In this document: positions 30,034-45,481 of the stretch, piece after piece
Layout: each line of letters begins with the position of its first letter
How positions within the stretch are numbered: the first letter of the stretch is position 1
NCBI GenBank assembly: GCA_964016885.1
Contig: OZ024754.1
Span: 21,514,001 to 21,578,000, forward strand
DNA length: 64,000 nucleotides
Source: Eledone cirrhosa
Taxonomy: Eukaryota
Reading direction: 5' to 3'
The notes under the pieces: model-generated
What the model was told of the DNA's origin: nothing
Databases searched by the model: none
What the model saw: the letters and a program-made list of their open reading frames with translations, nothing else
Made by a program: the position numbers and the translations under genes

Positions 30034-33000
30034 TTAACTAGTTTTAATAAATTGTCTAGATGTTAAGTATATACTATATTAACTACAGTTTTAATAAATT
30101 GTCTAGATGTTAAGTATATACTATATTAACTACAGTTTTAATAAATTATCTAGATGTTAAGTATATACTATATTAACTACAGTTTTAATAAATTGTCTAG
30201 ATGTTAAGTATATCCTATATTAACTAGTTTTAATAAATTGTCTAGATGTTAAGTATATACTCTATTAACCACAGTTTTAATAAATTGTCTAGATATTAAG
30301 TATATACTATATTAACTACAGTTTTAATAAATTGTCTAAATGTTAAGTATATACTATATTAACTACAGTTTTAATAAATTGTCTAGATGTTAAGTATATA
30401 CTATATTAACTACAGTTTTAATAAATTGTCTAGATGTTAAGTATATACTATATTAACTACAGTTTTAATAAATTGTCTAGATGTTAAGTATATACTATAT
30501 TAACTACAGTTTTAATAAATTGTCTAGATGTTAAGTATATACTATATTAACTAGTTTTAATAAATTGTCTAGATGTTAAGTATATACTCTATTAACCACA
30601 GTTTTAATAAATTGTCTAGATGTTAAGTATATACTATATTAACTACAGTTTTAATAAATTGTCTAAATGTTAAGTATATACTATATTAACTACAGTTTAA
30701 ATAAATTGTCTAGATGTTAAGTATATACTATATTAACTACAGTTTTAATAAATTGTCTAGATGTTAAGTATATACTATATTAACTACAGTTTTAATAAAT
30801 TGTCTAGATGTTAAGTATATACTATATTAACTCCAGTTTTAATAAATTGTCTAGATGTTAAGTATATACTATATTAACTACAGTTTTAATAAATTGTCTA
30901 GATGTTAAGTATATACTATATTAACTCCAGTTTTAATAAATTGTCTAGATGTTAAGTATATACTATATTAACTACAGTTTTAATAAATTGTCTAGATGTT
31001 AAGTATATACTATATTAACTTCAGTTTTAATAAATTGTCTAGATGTTAAGTATATACTATATTAACTAGTTTTAATAAATTGTCTAGATGTTAAGTATAT
31101 ACTATATTAACTACAGTTTTAATAGATTGTCTAGATGTTAAATATATACTATATTAACTACAGTTTTAATAAATTGCCTAAATGTTAGGTATATACTATA
31201 TTAACTACAGTTTAAATAAATTGTCTAGATGTTAAGTATATACTATATTAACTACAGTTTTAATAAATTGTCTAGATGTTAAGTATATACTATATTAACT
31301 ACAGTTTTAATAAATTGTCTAGATGTTAAGTATATACTATATTAACTACAGTTTTAATAAATTGTCTAGATGTTCAGTATATACTATATTAACTACAGTT
31401 TTAATAAATTGTCTAGATGTTAAGTATATACTATATTAACTACAGTTTTAATAAATTGTCTAGATGTTAAGTATATACTATATTAACTACAGTTTTAATA
31501 AATTGTCTAGATGTTAAGTATATACTATATTAACTACAGTTTTAATAAATTGTCTAGATGTTAAGTATATACTATATTAACTAGTTTTAATAAATTGTCT
31601 AGATGTTGAGTATATACTCTATTAACCACAGTTTTAATAAATTGTCTAGATGTTAAGTATATACTATATTAACTAGTTTTAATAAATTGTCTAGATGTTA
31701 AGTATATACTATATTAACTAGTTTTAATAAATTGTCTAGATGTTAAGTATATACTATATTAACTAGTTTTAATAAATTGTCTAGATGTTAAGTAAATACT
31801 ATATTAACTACAGTTTTAATAAATTGTCTAAATGTTAAGTATATACTATATTAACTACAGTTTAAATAAATTGTCTAGATGTTAAGTATATACTATATTA
31901 ACTACAGTTTTAATAAATTGTCTAGATGTTAAGTATATACTCTATTAACCACAGTTTTAATAAATTGTCTAGATGTTAAGTATATACTATATTAACTACA
32001 GTTTTAATAAATTGTCTAAATGTTAAGTATATACTATATTAACTACAGTTTAAATAAATTGTCTAGATGTTAAGTATATACTATATTAACTACAGTTTTA
32101 ATAAATTGTCTAGATGTTAAGTATATACTATATTAACTACAGTTTTAATAAATTGTCTAGATGTTAAGTATATACTATATTAACTACAGTTTTAATAAAT
32201 TGTTTAAATGTTAAGTATATACTATATTAACTACAGTTTAAATAAATTGTCTAGATGTTAAGTATATACTATATTAACTACAGTTTTAATAAATTGTCTA
32301 GATGTTAAGTATATACTCTATTAACCACAGTTTTAATAAATTGTCTAGATGTTAAGTATATACTATATTAACTACAGTTTTAATAAATTGTCTAAATGTT
32401 AAGTATATACTATATTAACTACAGTGTAAATAAATTGTCTAGATGTTAAGTATATACTATATTAACTACAGTTTTAATAAATTGTCTAGATGTTAAGTAT
32501 ATACTATATTAACTACAGTTTTAATAAATTGTCTAGATGTTAAGTATATACTATATTAACTACAGTTTAAATAAATTGTCTAGATGTTAAGTATATACTA
32601 TATTAACTACAGTTTTAATAAATTGTCTAGATGTTAAGTATATACTATATTAACTAGTTTTAATAAATTGTCTAGATGTTAAGTATATACTCTATTAACC
32701 ACAGTTTTAATAAATTGTCTAGATGTTAAGTATATACTATATTAACTACAGTTTTAATAAATTGTCTAAATGTTAAGTATATACTATATTAACTACAGTT
32801 TAAATAAATTGTCTAGATGTTAAGTATATACTATATTAACTAGTTTTAATAAATTGTCTAGATGTTAAGTATATACTATATTAACTACAGTTTTAATAAA
32901 TTGTCTAGATGTTAAGTATATACTATATTAACTACAATTTTAATAAATTGTCTAAATGTTAAGTATATACTATATTAACTACAGTTTAAATAAATTGTCT

Positions 33001-36000
33001 AGATGTTAAGTATATACTATATTAACTACAGTTTTAATAAATTGTCTAGATGTTAAGTATATACTATATTAACTCCAGTTTTAATAAATTGTCTAGATGT
33101 TAAGTATATACTATATTAACTACAGTTTTAATAAATTGTCTAGATGTTAAGTATATACTATATTAACTTCAGTTTTAATAAATTGTCTAGATGTTAAGTA
33201 TATACTATATTAACTAGTTTTAATAAATTGTCTAGATGTTAAGTATATACTATATTAACTACGGTTTTAATAGATTGTCTAGATGTTAAATATATACTAT
33301 ATTAACTACAGTTTTAATAAATTGCCTAAATGTTAGGTATATACTATATTAACTACAGTTTAAATAAATTGTCTAGATGTTAAGTATATACTATATTAAC
33401 TACAGTTTTAATAAATTGTCTAGATGTTAAGTATATACTATATTAACTACAGTTTTAATAAATTGTCTAGATGTTAAGTATATACTATATTAACTACAGT
33501 TTTAATAAATTGTCTAGATGTTCAGTATATACTATATTAACTACAGTTTTAATAAATTGTCTAGATGTTAAGTATATACTATATTAACTACAGTTTTAAT
33601 AAATTGTCTAGATGTTAAGTATATACTATATTAACTACAGTTTTAATAAATTGTCTAGATGTTAAGTATATACTATATTAACTACAGTTTTAATAAATTG
33701 TCTAGATGTTAAGTATATACTATATTAACTAGTTTTAATAAATTGTCTAGATGTTGAGTATATACTCTATTAACCACAGTTTTAATAAATTGTCTAGATG
33801 TTAAGTATATACTATATTAACTAGTTTTAATAAATTGTCTAGATGTTAAGTATATACTATATTAACTAGTTTTAATAAATTGTCTAGATGTTAAGTATAT
33901 ACTATATTAACTAGTTTTAATAAATTGTCTAGATGTTAAGTAAATACTATATTAACTACAGTTTTAATAAATTGTCTAAATGTTAAGTATATACTATATT
34001 AACTACAGTTTAAATAAATTGTCTAGATGTTAAGTATATACTATATTAACTACAGTTTTAATAAATTGTCTAGATGTTAAGTATATACTCTATTAACCAC
34101 AGTTTTAATAAATTGTCTAGATGTTAAGTATATACTATATTAACTACAGTTTTAATAAATTGTCTAAATGTTAAGTATATACTATATTAACTACAGTTTA
34201 AATAAATTGTCTAGATGTTAAGTATATACTATATTAACTACAGTTTTAATAAATTGTCTAGATGTTAAGTATATACTATATTAACTACAGTTTTAATAAA
34301 TTGTCTAGATGTTAAGTATATACTATATTAACTACAGTTTTAATAAATTGTTTAAATGTTAAGTATATACTATATTAACTACAGTTTAAATAAATTGTCT
34401 AGATGTTAAGTATATACTATATTAACTACAGTTTTAATAAATTGTCTAGATGTTAAGTATATACTATATTAACTCCAGTTTTAATAAATTGTCTAGATGT
34501 TAAGTATATACTATATTAACTACAGTTTTAATAAATTGTCTAGATGTTAAGTATATACTATATTAACTACAGTTTTAATAAATTGTCTAGATGTTAAGTA
34601 TATACTATATTAACTAGTTTTAATAAATTGTCTAGATGTTAAGTATATACTATATTAACTACAGTTTTAATAAATTGTCTAGATGTTAAGTATATACTAT
34701 ATTAACTAGTTTTAATAAATCGTCTAGATATTAAGTATATACTATATTAACTACAGTTTTAATAAATTGTCTAGATGTTAAGTATATACTATATTAACTA
34801 CAGTTTTAATAAATTGTCTAGATGTTAAGTATATACTATATTAACTAGTTTTAATAAATTGTCTAGATGTTAAGTATATACTATATTAACTAGTTTTAAT
34901 AAATTGTCTAGATATTAAGTATATACTATATTAACTACAGTTTTAATAAATTGTCTAGATGTTAAGTATATACTATATTAACTACAGTTTTAATAAATTG
35001 TCTAGATGTTAAGTATATACTATATTAACTAGTTTTAATAAATTGTCTAGATGTTAAATATATACTATATTAACTACAGTTTTAATAAATTGCCTAAATG
35101 TTAGGTATATACTATATTAACTACAGTTTAAATAAATTGTCTAGATGTTAAGTATATACTATATTAACTACAGTTTTAATAAATTGTCTAGATGTTAAGT
35201 ATATACTATATTAACTACAGTTTTAATAAATTGTCTAGATGTTAAGTATATACTATATTAACTACAGTTTTAATAAATTGTCTAGATGTTCAGTATATAC
35301 TATATTAACTACAGTTTTAATAAATTGTCTAGATGTTAAGTATATACTATATTAACTACAGTTTTAATAAATTGTCTAGATGTTAAGTATATACTATATT
35401 AACTACAGTTTTAATAAATTGTCTAGATGTTAAGTATATACTATATTAACTACAGTTTTAATAAATTGTCTAGATGTTAAGTATATACTATATTAACTAG
35501 TTTTAATAAATTGTCTAGATGTTGAGTATATACTCTATTAACCACAGTTTTAATAAATTGTCTAGATGTTAAGTATATACTATATTAACTAGTTTTAATA
35601 AATTGTCTAGATGTTAAGTATATACTATATTAACTAGTTTTAATAAATTGTCTAGATGTTAAGTATATACTATATTAACTAGTTTTAATAAATTGTCTAG
35701 ATGTTAAGTAAATACTATATTAACTACAGTTTTAATAAATTGTCTAAATGTTAAGTATATACTATATTAACTACAGTTTAAATAAATTGTCTAGATGTTA
35801 AGTATATACTATATTAACTACAGTTTTAATAAATTGTCTAGATGTTAAGTATATACTCTATTAACCACAGTTTTAATAAATTGTCTAGATGTTAAGTATA
35901 TACTATATTAACTACAGTTTTAATAAATTGTCTAAATGTTAAGTATATACTATATTAACTACAGTTTAAATAAATTGTCTAGATGTTAAGTATATACTAT

Positions 36001-39000
36001 ATTAACTACAGTTTTAATAAATTGTCTAGATGTTAAGTATATACTATATTAACTACAGTTTTAATAAATTGTCTAGATGTTAAGTATATACTATATTAAC
36101 TACAGTTTTAATAAATTGTTTAAATGTTAAGTATATACTATATTAACTACAGTTTAAATAAATTGTCTAGATGTTAAGTATATACTATATTAACTACAGT
36201 TTTAATAAATTGTCTAGATGTTAAGTATATACTATATTAACTCCAGTTTTAATAAATTGTCTAGATGTTAAGTATATACTATATTAACTACAGTTTTAAT
36301 AAATTGTCTAGATGTTAAGTATATACTATATTAACTACAGTTTTAATAAATTGTCTAGATGTTAAGTATATACTATATTAACTAGTTTTAATAAATTGTC
36401 TAGATGTTAAGTATATACTATATTAACTACAGTTTTAATAAATTGTCTAGATGTTAAGTATATACTATATTAACTAGTTTTAATAAATCGTCTAGATATT
36501 AAGTATATACTATATTAACTACAGTTTTAATAAATTGTCTAGATGTTAAGTATATACTATATTAACTACAGTTTTAATAAATTGTCTAGATGTTAAGTAT
36601 ATACTATATTAACTAGTTTTAATAAATTGTCTAGATGTTAAGTATATACTATATTAACTAGTTTTAATAAATTGTCTAGATATTAAGTATATACTATATT
36701 AACTACAGTTTTAATAAATTGTCTAGATGTTAAGTATATACTATATTAACTACAGTTTTAATAAATTGTCTAGATGTTAAGTATATACTATATTAACTAG
36801 TTTTAATAAATTGTCTAGATGTTAAGTATATACTATATTAACTACGGTTTTAATAGATTGTCTAGATGTTAAATATATACTATATTAACTACAGTTTTAA
36901 TAAATTGCCTAAATGTTAGGTATATACTATATTAACTACAGTTTAAATAAATTGTCTAGATGTTAAGTATATACTATATTAACTACAGTTTTAATAAATT
37001 GTCTAGATGTTAAGTATATACTATATTAACTACAGTTTTAATAAATTGTCTAGATGTTAAGTATATACTATATTAACTACAGTTTTAATAAATTGTCTAG
37101 ATGTTCAGTATATACTATATTAACTACAGTTTTAATAAATTGTCTAGATGTTAAGTATATACTATATTAACTACAGTTTTAATAAATTGTCTAGATGTTA
37201 AGTATATACTATATTAACTAGTTTTAATAAATTGTCTAGATGTTAAGTATATAGTCTATTAACCACTGTTTTAATAAATTGTCTAGATGTTAAGTATATA
37301 CTATATTAACTAGTTTTAATAAATTGTCTAGATGTTAAGTATATACTATATTAACTAGTTTTAATAAATTGTCTAGATGTTCAGTATATACTATATTAAC
37401 TAGTTTTAATAAATTGTCTAGATGTTAAGTATATACTATATTAACTACAGTTTTAATAAATTGTCTAAATGTTAAGTATATACTATATAAACTACAGTTT
37501 AAATAAATTGTCTAGATGTTAAATATATACTATATTAACTACAGTTTTAATAAATTGTCTAGATGTTAAGTATATACTCTATTAACCACAGTTTTAATAA
37601 ATTGTCTAGATGTTAAGTATATACTATATTAACTACAGTTTAAATAAATTGTCTAGATGTTAAGTATGTACTATATTAACTACAGTTTTAATAAATTATC
37701 TAGATGTTAAGTATATACTATATTAACTACAGTTTTAATAAATTGTCTAGATGTTAAGTATATACTATATTAACTACAGTTTTAATAAATTGTCTAAATG
37801 TTAAGTATATACTATATTAACTACAGTTTAAATAAATTGTCTAGATGTTAAGTATATACTATATTAACTCCAGTTTTAATAAATTGTCTAGATGTTAAGT
37901 ATATACTATATTAACTACAGTTTTAATAAATTGTCTAGATGTTAAGTATATACTATATTAACTACAGTTTTAATAAATTGTCTAGATGTTAAGTATATAC
38001 TATATTAACTAGTTTTAATAAATTGTTTAGATGTTAAGTATATACTATATTAACTACAGTTTTAATAAATTGTCTAGATGTTAAGTATATACTATATTAA
38101 CTAGTTTTAATGAATTGTCTAGATATTAAGTATATACTATATTAACTACAGTTTTAATAAATTGTCTAGATGTTAAGTATATACTATATTAACTACAGTT
38201 TTAATAAATTGTCTAGATGTTAAGTATATACTATATTAACTACAGTTTTAATAAATTGTCTAGATGTTAAGTATATACTATATTAACTAGTTTTAATAAA
38301 TTGTCTAGATGTTAAGTATATACTATATTAACTTCAGTATATACTATATTATATACTATACTATATTATATACTATACTATACTATATACTTAAGTATAT
38401 ACTATATTAACTAGTTTTAATAAATTGTCTAGATGTTAAGTATATACTATATTAACTCCAGTTTTATAAGTATATACTATATTAACTACAGTTTTAATAA
38501 ATTGTCTAGATGTTAAGTATATACTATATTAACTAGTTTTAATAAATTGTCTAGATGTTACGTATATACTATATTAACTACAGTTTTAATAAATTGTCTA
38601 GATGTTAAGTTTATACTATATTAACTACAGTTTTAATAAATTGTCTAAATGTTAAGTATATACTATATTAACTACAGTTTTAATCAATTGTCTAGATGTT
38701 AAGTATATACTATATTAACTACAGTTTTAATAAATTGTCTAGATGTTAAGTATATACTATATTAACTACAGTTTTATAAGTATAAACTATATTAACTACA
38801 GTTTTAATAAATTGTCTAGATGTTAAGTATATACTATATTAACTACAATTTTAATAAATTGTCTAGATGTTAAGTTTATACTATATTAACTCCAGTTTTA
38901 ATAAATTGTCTAGATGTTAAGTATATACTATATTAACTACAGTTTTAATAAATTGTCTAGATGTTAAGTATATACTATATTAACTACAGTTTTAATAAAT

Positions 39001-42000
39001 TGTCTCGATGTTAAGTATATACTATATTAACTAGTTTTAATAAATTGTCTAGATGTTAAGTATATACTATAGTAACTACAGTTTTAATAAATTGTCTAGA
39101 TGTTAAGTATATACTATATTAACTACAGTTTTAATAAATTGTCTAGATGTTAAGTATATACTATATTAACTAGTTTTAATAAATCGTCTAGATATTAAGT
39201 ATATACTATATTAACTACAGTTTTAATCAATTGTCTAGATGTTAAGTATATACTATATTAACTACAGTTTTAATAAATTGTCTAGATGTTAAGTATATAC
39301 TATATTAACTACAGTTTTAATAAATTGTCTAGATGTTCAGTATATACTATATTAACTACAGTTTTAATAAATTGTCTAGATGTTAAGTATATACTATATT
39401 AACTACAGTTTTAATAAATTGTCTAGATGTTAAGTATATACTATATTAACTACAGTTTTAATAAATTGTCTAGATGTTAAGTATATACTATATTAACTAC
39501 AGTTTTAATAAATTGTCTAGATGTTAAGTATATACTATATTAACTAGTTTTAATAAATTGTCTAGATGTTGAGTATATACTCTATTAACCACAGTTTTAA
39601 TAAATTGTCTAGATGTTAAGTATATACTATATTAACTAGTTTTAATAAATTGTCTAGATGTTAAGTATATACTATATTAACTAGTTTTAATAAATTGTCT
39701 AGATGTTAAGTATATACTATATTAACTAGTTTTAATAAATTGTCTAGATGTTAAGTAAATACTATATTAACTACAGTTTTAATAAATTGTCTAGATGTTA
39801 AGTATATACTATATTAACTACAGTTTTAATAAATTGTCTAGATGTTAAGTATATACTCTATTAACCACAGTTTTAATAAATTGTCTAGATGTTAAGTATA
39901 TACTATATTAACTACAGTTTTAATAAATTGTCTAAATGTTAAGTATATACTATATTAACTACAGTTTAAATAAATTGTCTAGATGTTAAGTATATACTAT
40001 ATTAACTACAGTTTTAATAAATTGTCTAGATGTTAAGTATATACTATATTAACTACAGTTTTAATAAATTGTCTAGATGTTAAGTATATACTATATTAAC
40101 TACAGTTTTAATAAATTGTTTAAATGTTAAGTATATACTATATTAACTACAGTTTAAATAAATTGTCTAGATGTTAAGTATATACTATATTAACTACAGT
40201 TTTAATAAATTGTCTAGATGTTAAGTATATACTATATTAACTCCAGTTTTAATAAATTGTCTAGATGTTAAGTATATACTATATTAACTACAGTTTTAAT
40301 AAATTGTCTAGATGTTAAGTATATACTATATTAACTACAGTTTTAATAAATTGTCTAGATGTTAAGTATATACTATATTAACTAGTTTTAATAAATTGTC
40401 TAGATGTTAAGTATATACTATATTAACTGCAGTTTTAATAAATTGTCTAGATGTTAAGTATATACTATATTAACTAGTTTTAATAAATCGTCTAGATATT
40501 AAGTATATACTATATTAACTACAGTTTTAATAAATTGTCTAGATGTTAAGTATATACTATATTAACTAGTTTTAATAAATTGTCTAGATGTTAAGTATAT
40601 ACTATATTAACTAGTTTTAATAAATTGTCTAGATGTTAAGTATATACTATATTAACTAGTTTTAATAAATTGTCTAGATATTAAGTATATACTATATTAA
40701 CTACAGTTTTAATAAATTGTCTAGATGTTAAGTATATACTATATTAACTACAGTTTTAATAAATTGTCTAGATGTTAAGTATATACTATATTAACTAGTT
40801 TTAATAAATTGTCTAGATGTTAAGTATATACTATATTAACTACGGTTTTAATAGATTGTCTAGATGTTAAATATATACTATATTAACTACAGTTTTAATA
40901 AATTGCCTAAATGTTAGGTATATACTATATTAACTACAGTTTAAATAAATTGTCTAGATGTTAAGTATATACTATATTAACTACAGTTTTAATAAATTGT
41001 CTAGATGTTAAGTATATACTATATTAACTACAGTTTTAATAAATTGTCTAGATGTTAAGTATATACTATATTAACTACAGTTTTAATAAATTGTCTAGAT
41101 GTTCAGTATATACTATATTAACTACAGTTTTAATAAATTGTCTAGATGTTAAGTATATACTATATTAACTACAGTTTTAATAAATTGTCTAGATGTTAAG
41201 TATATACTATATTAACTAGTTTTAATAAATTGTCTAGATGTTAAGTATATAGTCTATTAACCACTGTTTTAATAAATTGTCTAGATGTTAAGTATATACT
41301 ATATTAACTAGTTTTAATAAATTGTCTAGATGTTAAGTATATACTATATTAACTAGTTTTAATAAATTGTCTAGATGTTCAGTATATACTATATTAACTA
41401 GTTTTAATAAATTGTCTAGATGTTAAGTATATACTATATTAACTACAGTTTTAATAAATTGTCTAAATGTTAAGTATATACTATATAAACTACAGTTTAA
41501 ATAAATTGTCTAGATGTTAAATATATACTATATTAACTACAGTTTTAATAAATTGTCTAGATGTTAAGTATATACTCTATTAACCACAGTTTTAATAAAT
41601 TGTCTAGATGTTAAGTATATACTATATTAACTACAGTTTAAATAAATTGTCTAGATGTTAAGTATGTACTATATTAACTACAGTTTTAATAAATTATCTA
41701 GATGTTAAGTATATACTATATTAACTACAGTTTTAATAAATTGTCTAGATGTTAAGTATATACTATATTAACTACAGTTTTAATAAATTGTCTAAATGTT
41801 AAGTATATACTATATTAACTACAGTTTAAATAAATTGTCTAGATGTTAAGTATATACTATATTAACTCCAGTTTTAATAAATTGTCTAGATGTTAAGTAT
41901 ATACTATATTAACTACAGTTTTAATAAATTGTCTAGATGTTAAGTATATACTATATTAACTACAGTTTTAATAAATTGTCTAGATGTTAAGTATATACTA

Positions 42001-44604
42001 TATTAACTAGTTTTAATAAATTGTTTAGATGTTAAGTATATACTATATTAACTACAGTTTTAATAAATTGTCTAGATGTTAAGTATATACTATATTAACT
42101 AGTTTTAATGAATTGTCTAGATATTAAGTATATACTATATTAACTACAGTTTTAATAAATTGTCTAGATGTTAAGTATATACTATATTAACTACAGTTTT
42201 AATAAATTGTCTAGATGTTAAGTATATACTATATTAACTACAGTTTTAATAAATTGTCTAGATGTTAAGTATATACTATATTAACTAGTTTTAATAAATT
42301 GTCTAGATGTTAAGTATATACTATATTAACTTCAGTATATACTATATTATATACTATACTATATTATATACTATACTATACTATATACTTAAGTATATAC
42401 TATATTAACTAGTTTTAATAAATTGTCTAGATGTTAAGTATATACTATATTAACTCCAGTTTTATAAGTATATACTATATTAACTACAGTTTTAATAAAT
42501 TGTCTAGATGTTAAGTATATACTATATTAACTAGTTTTAATAAATTGTCTAGATGTTACGTATATACTATATTAACTACAGTTTTAATAAATTGTCTAGA
42601 TGTTAAGTTTATACTATATTAACTACAGTTTTAATAAATTGTCTAAATGTTAAGTATATACTATATTAACTACAGTTTTAATCAATTGTCTAGATGTTAA
42701 GTATATACTATATTAACTACAGTTTTAATAAATTGTCTAGATGTTAAGTATATACTATATTAACTACAGTTTTATAAGTATAAACTATATTAACTACAGT
42801 TTTAATAAATTGTCTAGATGTTAAGTATATACTATATTAACTACAATTTTAATAAATTGTCTAGATGTTAAGTTTATACTATATTAACTCCAGTTTTAAT
42901 AAATTGTCTAGATGTTAAGTATATACTATATTAACTACAGTTTTAATAAATTGTCTAGATGTTAAGTATATACTATATTAACTACAGTTTTAATAAATTG
43001 TCTCGATGTTAAGTATATACTATATTAACTAGTTTTAATAAATTGTCTAGATGTTAAGTATATACTATAGTAACTACAGTTTTAATAAATTGTCTAGATG
43101 TTAAGTATATACTATATTAACTACAGTTTTAATAAATTGTCTAGATGTTAAGTATATACTATATTAACTAGTTTTAATAAATCGTCTAGATATTAAGTAT
43201 ATACTATATTAACTACAGTTTTAATCAATTGTCTAGATGTTAAGTATATACTATATTAACTACAGTTTTAATAAATTGTCTAGATGTTAAGTATATACTA
43301 TATTAACTACAGTTTTAATAAATTGTCTAGATGTTAAGTATATACTATATTAACTCCAGTTTTAATAAATTGTCTAGATGTTAAGTATATACTATATTAA
43401 CTAGTTTTAATAAATTGTCTAGATGTTAAGTATATACTATATTAACTAGTTTTAATAAATTGTCTAGATGTTAAGTATATACTATATTAACTACAGTTTT
43501 AATAAATTGTCTAGATGTTAAGTATATACTATATTAACTACAGTTTTAATAAATTGTCTAGATGTTAAGTATATACTATATTAACTACAGTTTTAATAAA
43601 TTGTCTAGATGTTAAGAATATACTATATTAACTTCAGTATATACTATATTAACTAGTTTTAATAAATTGTCTAGATGTTAAGTATATACTATATTAACTC
43701 CAGTTTTATAAGTATATACTATATTAACTACAGTTTTAATAAATTATCTAGATGTTAAGTATATACTATATTAACTAGTTTTAATAAATTGTCTAGATGT
43801 TAAGTATATACTATATTAACTAGTTTTAATAAATTGTCTAGATATTAAGTATATACTATATTAACTACAGTTTTAATAAATTGTCTAGATGTTAAGTATA
43901 TACTATATTAACTACAGTTTTAATAAATTGTCTAGATGTTAAGTATATACTATATTAACTAGTTTTAATAAATTGTCTAGATGTTAAGTATATACTATAT
44001 TAACTACGGTTTTAATAGATTGTCTAGATGTTAAATATATACTATATTAACTACAGTTTTAATAAATTGCCTAAATGTTAGGTATATACTATATTAACTA
44101 CAGTTTAAATAAATTGTCTAGATGTTAAGTATATACTATATTAACTACAGTTTTAATAAATTGTCTAGATGTTAAGTATATACTATATTAACTACAGTTT
44201 TAATAAATTGTCTAGATGTTAAGTATATACTATATTAACTACAGTTTTAATAAATTGTCTAGATGTTCAGTATATACTATATTAACTACAGTTTTAATAA
44301 ATTGTCTAGATGTTAAGTATATACTATATTAACTACAGTTTTAATAAATTGTCTAGATGTTAAGTATATACTATATTAACTAGTTTTAATAAATTGTCTA
44401 GATGTTAAGTATATAGTCTATTAACCACTGTTTTAATAAATTGTCTAGATGTTAAGTATATACTATATTAACTAGTTTTAATAAATTGTCTAGATGTTAA
44501 GTATATACTATATTAACTACAGTTTTAATATATTGTCTAGATGTTAAGTATATACTATATTAACTAGTTTTAATAAATTGTCTAGATGTTAAGTATATAC
44601 TATA

Positions 44605-45481
44605 CTAGCAGTAAAGCCCGGCGTTGCTCGGGGTCGCTCAGTAGCTGTGTTAAAGTTACAATGTTAAGTTTCTTTCTTGGCTTAAAAACTGTAGTGTCTA
44701 CTGTGCAGACTTGCATGTGGTGTTTTTGATTAATATTCCCTCAACCAACAATATGCCTTATGAAGTTAAGAAAACATAACGATAACCCGAATGTTATAAC
44801 AAAAGAAGATGCTGGGGATAGAAACTGCACTGGTTATTTATTAACAAAGATCGAAAATGTAAACACTGCAACGCAGAGAAAAACATTAACGTAACCAAAT
44901 TATCAGTTATGTCTGTCTGCACGCCTATATCACCTCTCTGCACGACTGTCTGTCTGCACGCCTATATCACCTCTCTGCACGACTGTCTGTCTGCACGCGT
45001 ATATCACCTCTCTGCACGACTGTCTGTCTGCACGACTGTCTGTCTGCACGCCTAACGACGAAATATTTGCTTGTTTTACGTAGTCTTTAAATAGACTTGT
45101 TTTCAAGTAAAAATATTGTTTTAAGATGCTTTTAAATGGAAATGAAGCAAAACGGAAGCTTAGTGTTCGAACTGATGAATTTTGGAGATCAATATTTTGC
45201 TGGCTCGACAACTGTTAAAGCCAGCGTAATTTTTTACGTAAGACGCTCAATGTAAACAGAACAAAGGGAAATAACTGATAACTTACGCTCAAAAATCGAT
45301 ACATTATATTCGATTTCGTCACATAGGGTGGGTCAATTTGAAATTTTTTTTTTCCGATTTCTTCGCTAGGGCTCAATGTACAAGTATAGCAATTTCGGTG
45401 CAATTCCGTGAGAGATTCTAAGAGGAGATGTGTGCCAAAAATCGATAGACAGACAGACAACCACAGTTTTATATATATAGA
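44605..45481 (-). mobile_element. Non-autonomous Helitron, copy 3
   Basis: Same element at offset +32183 from copy 1. Three substitutions were noticed by eye (44807 G>A, 45188 G>A, 45353 C>T). The flanks are the same. Confidence 0.9.
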
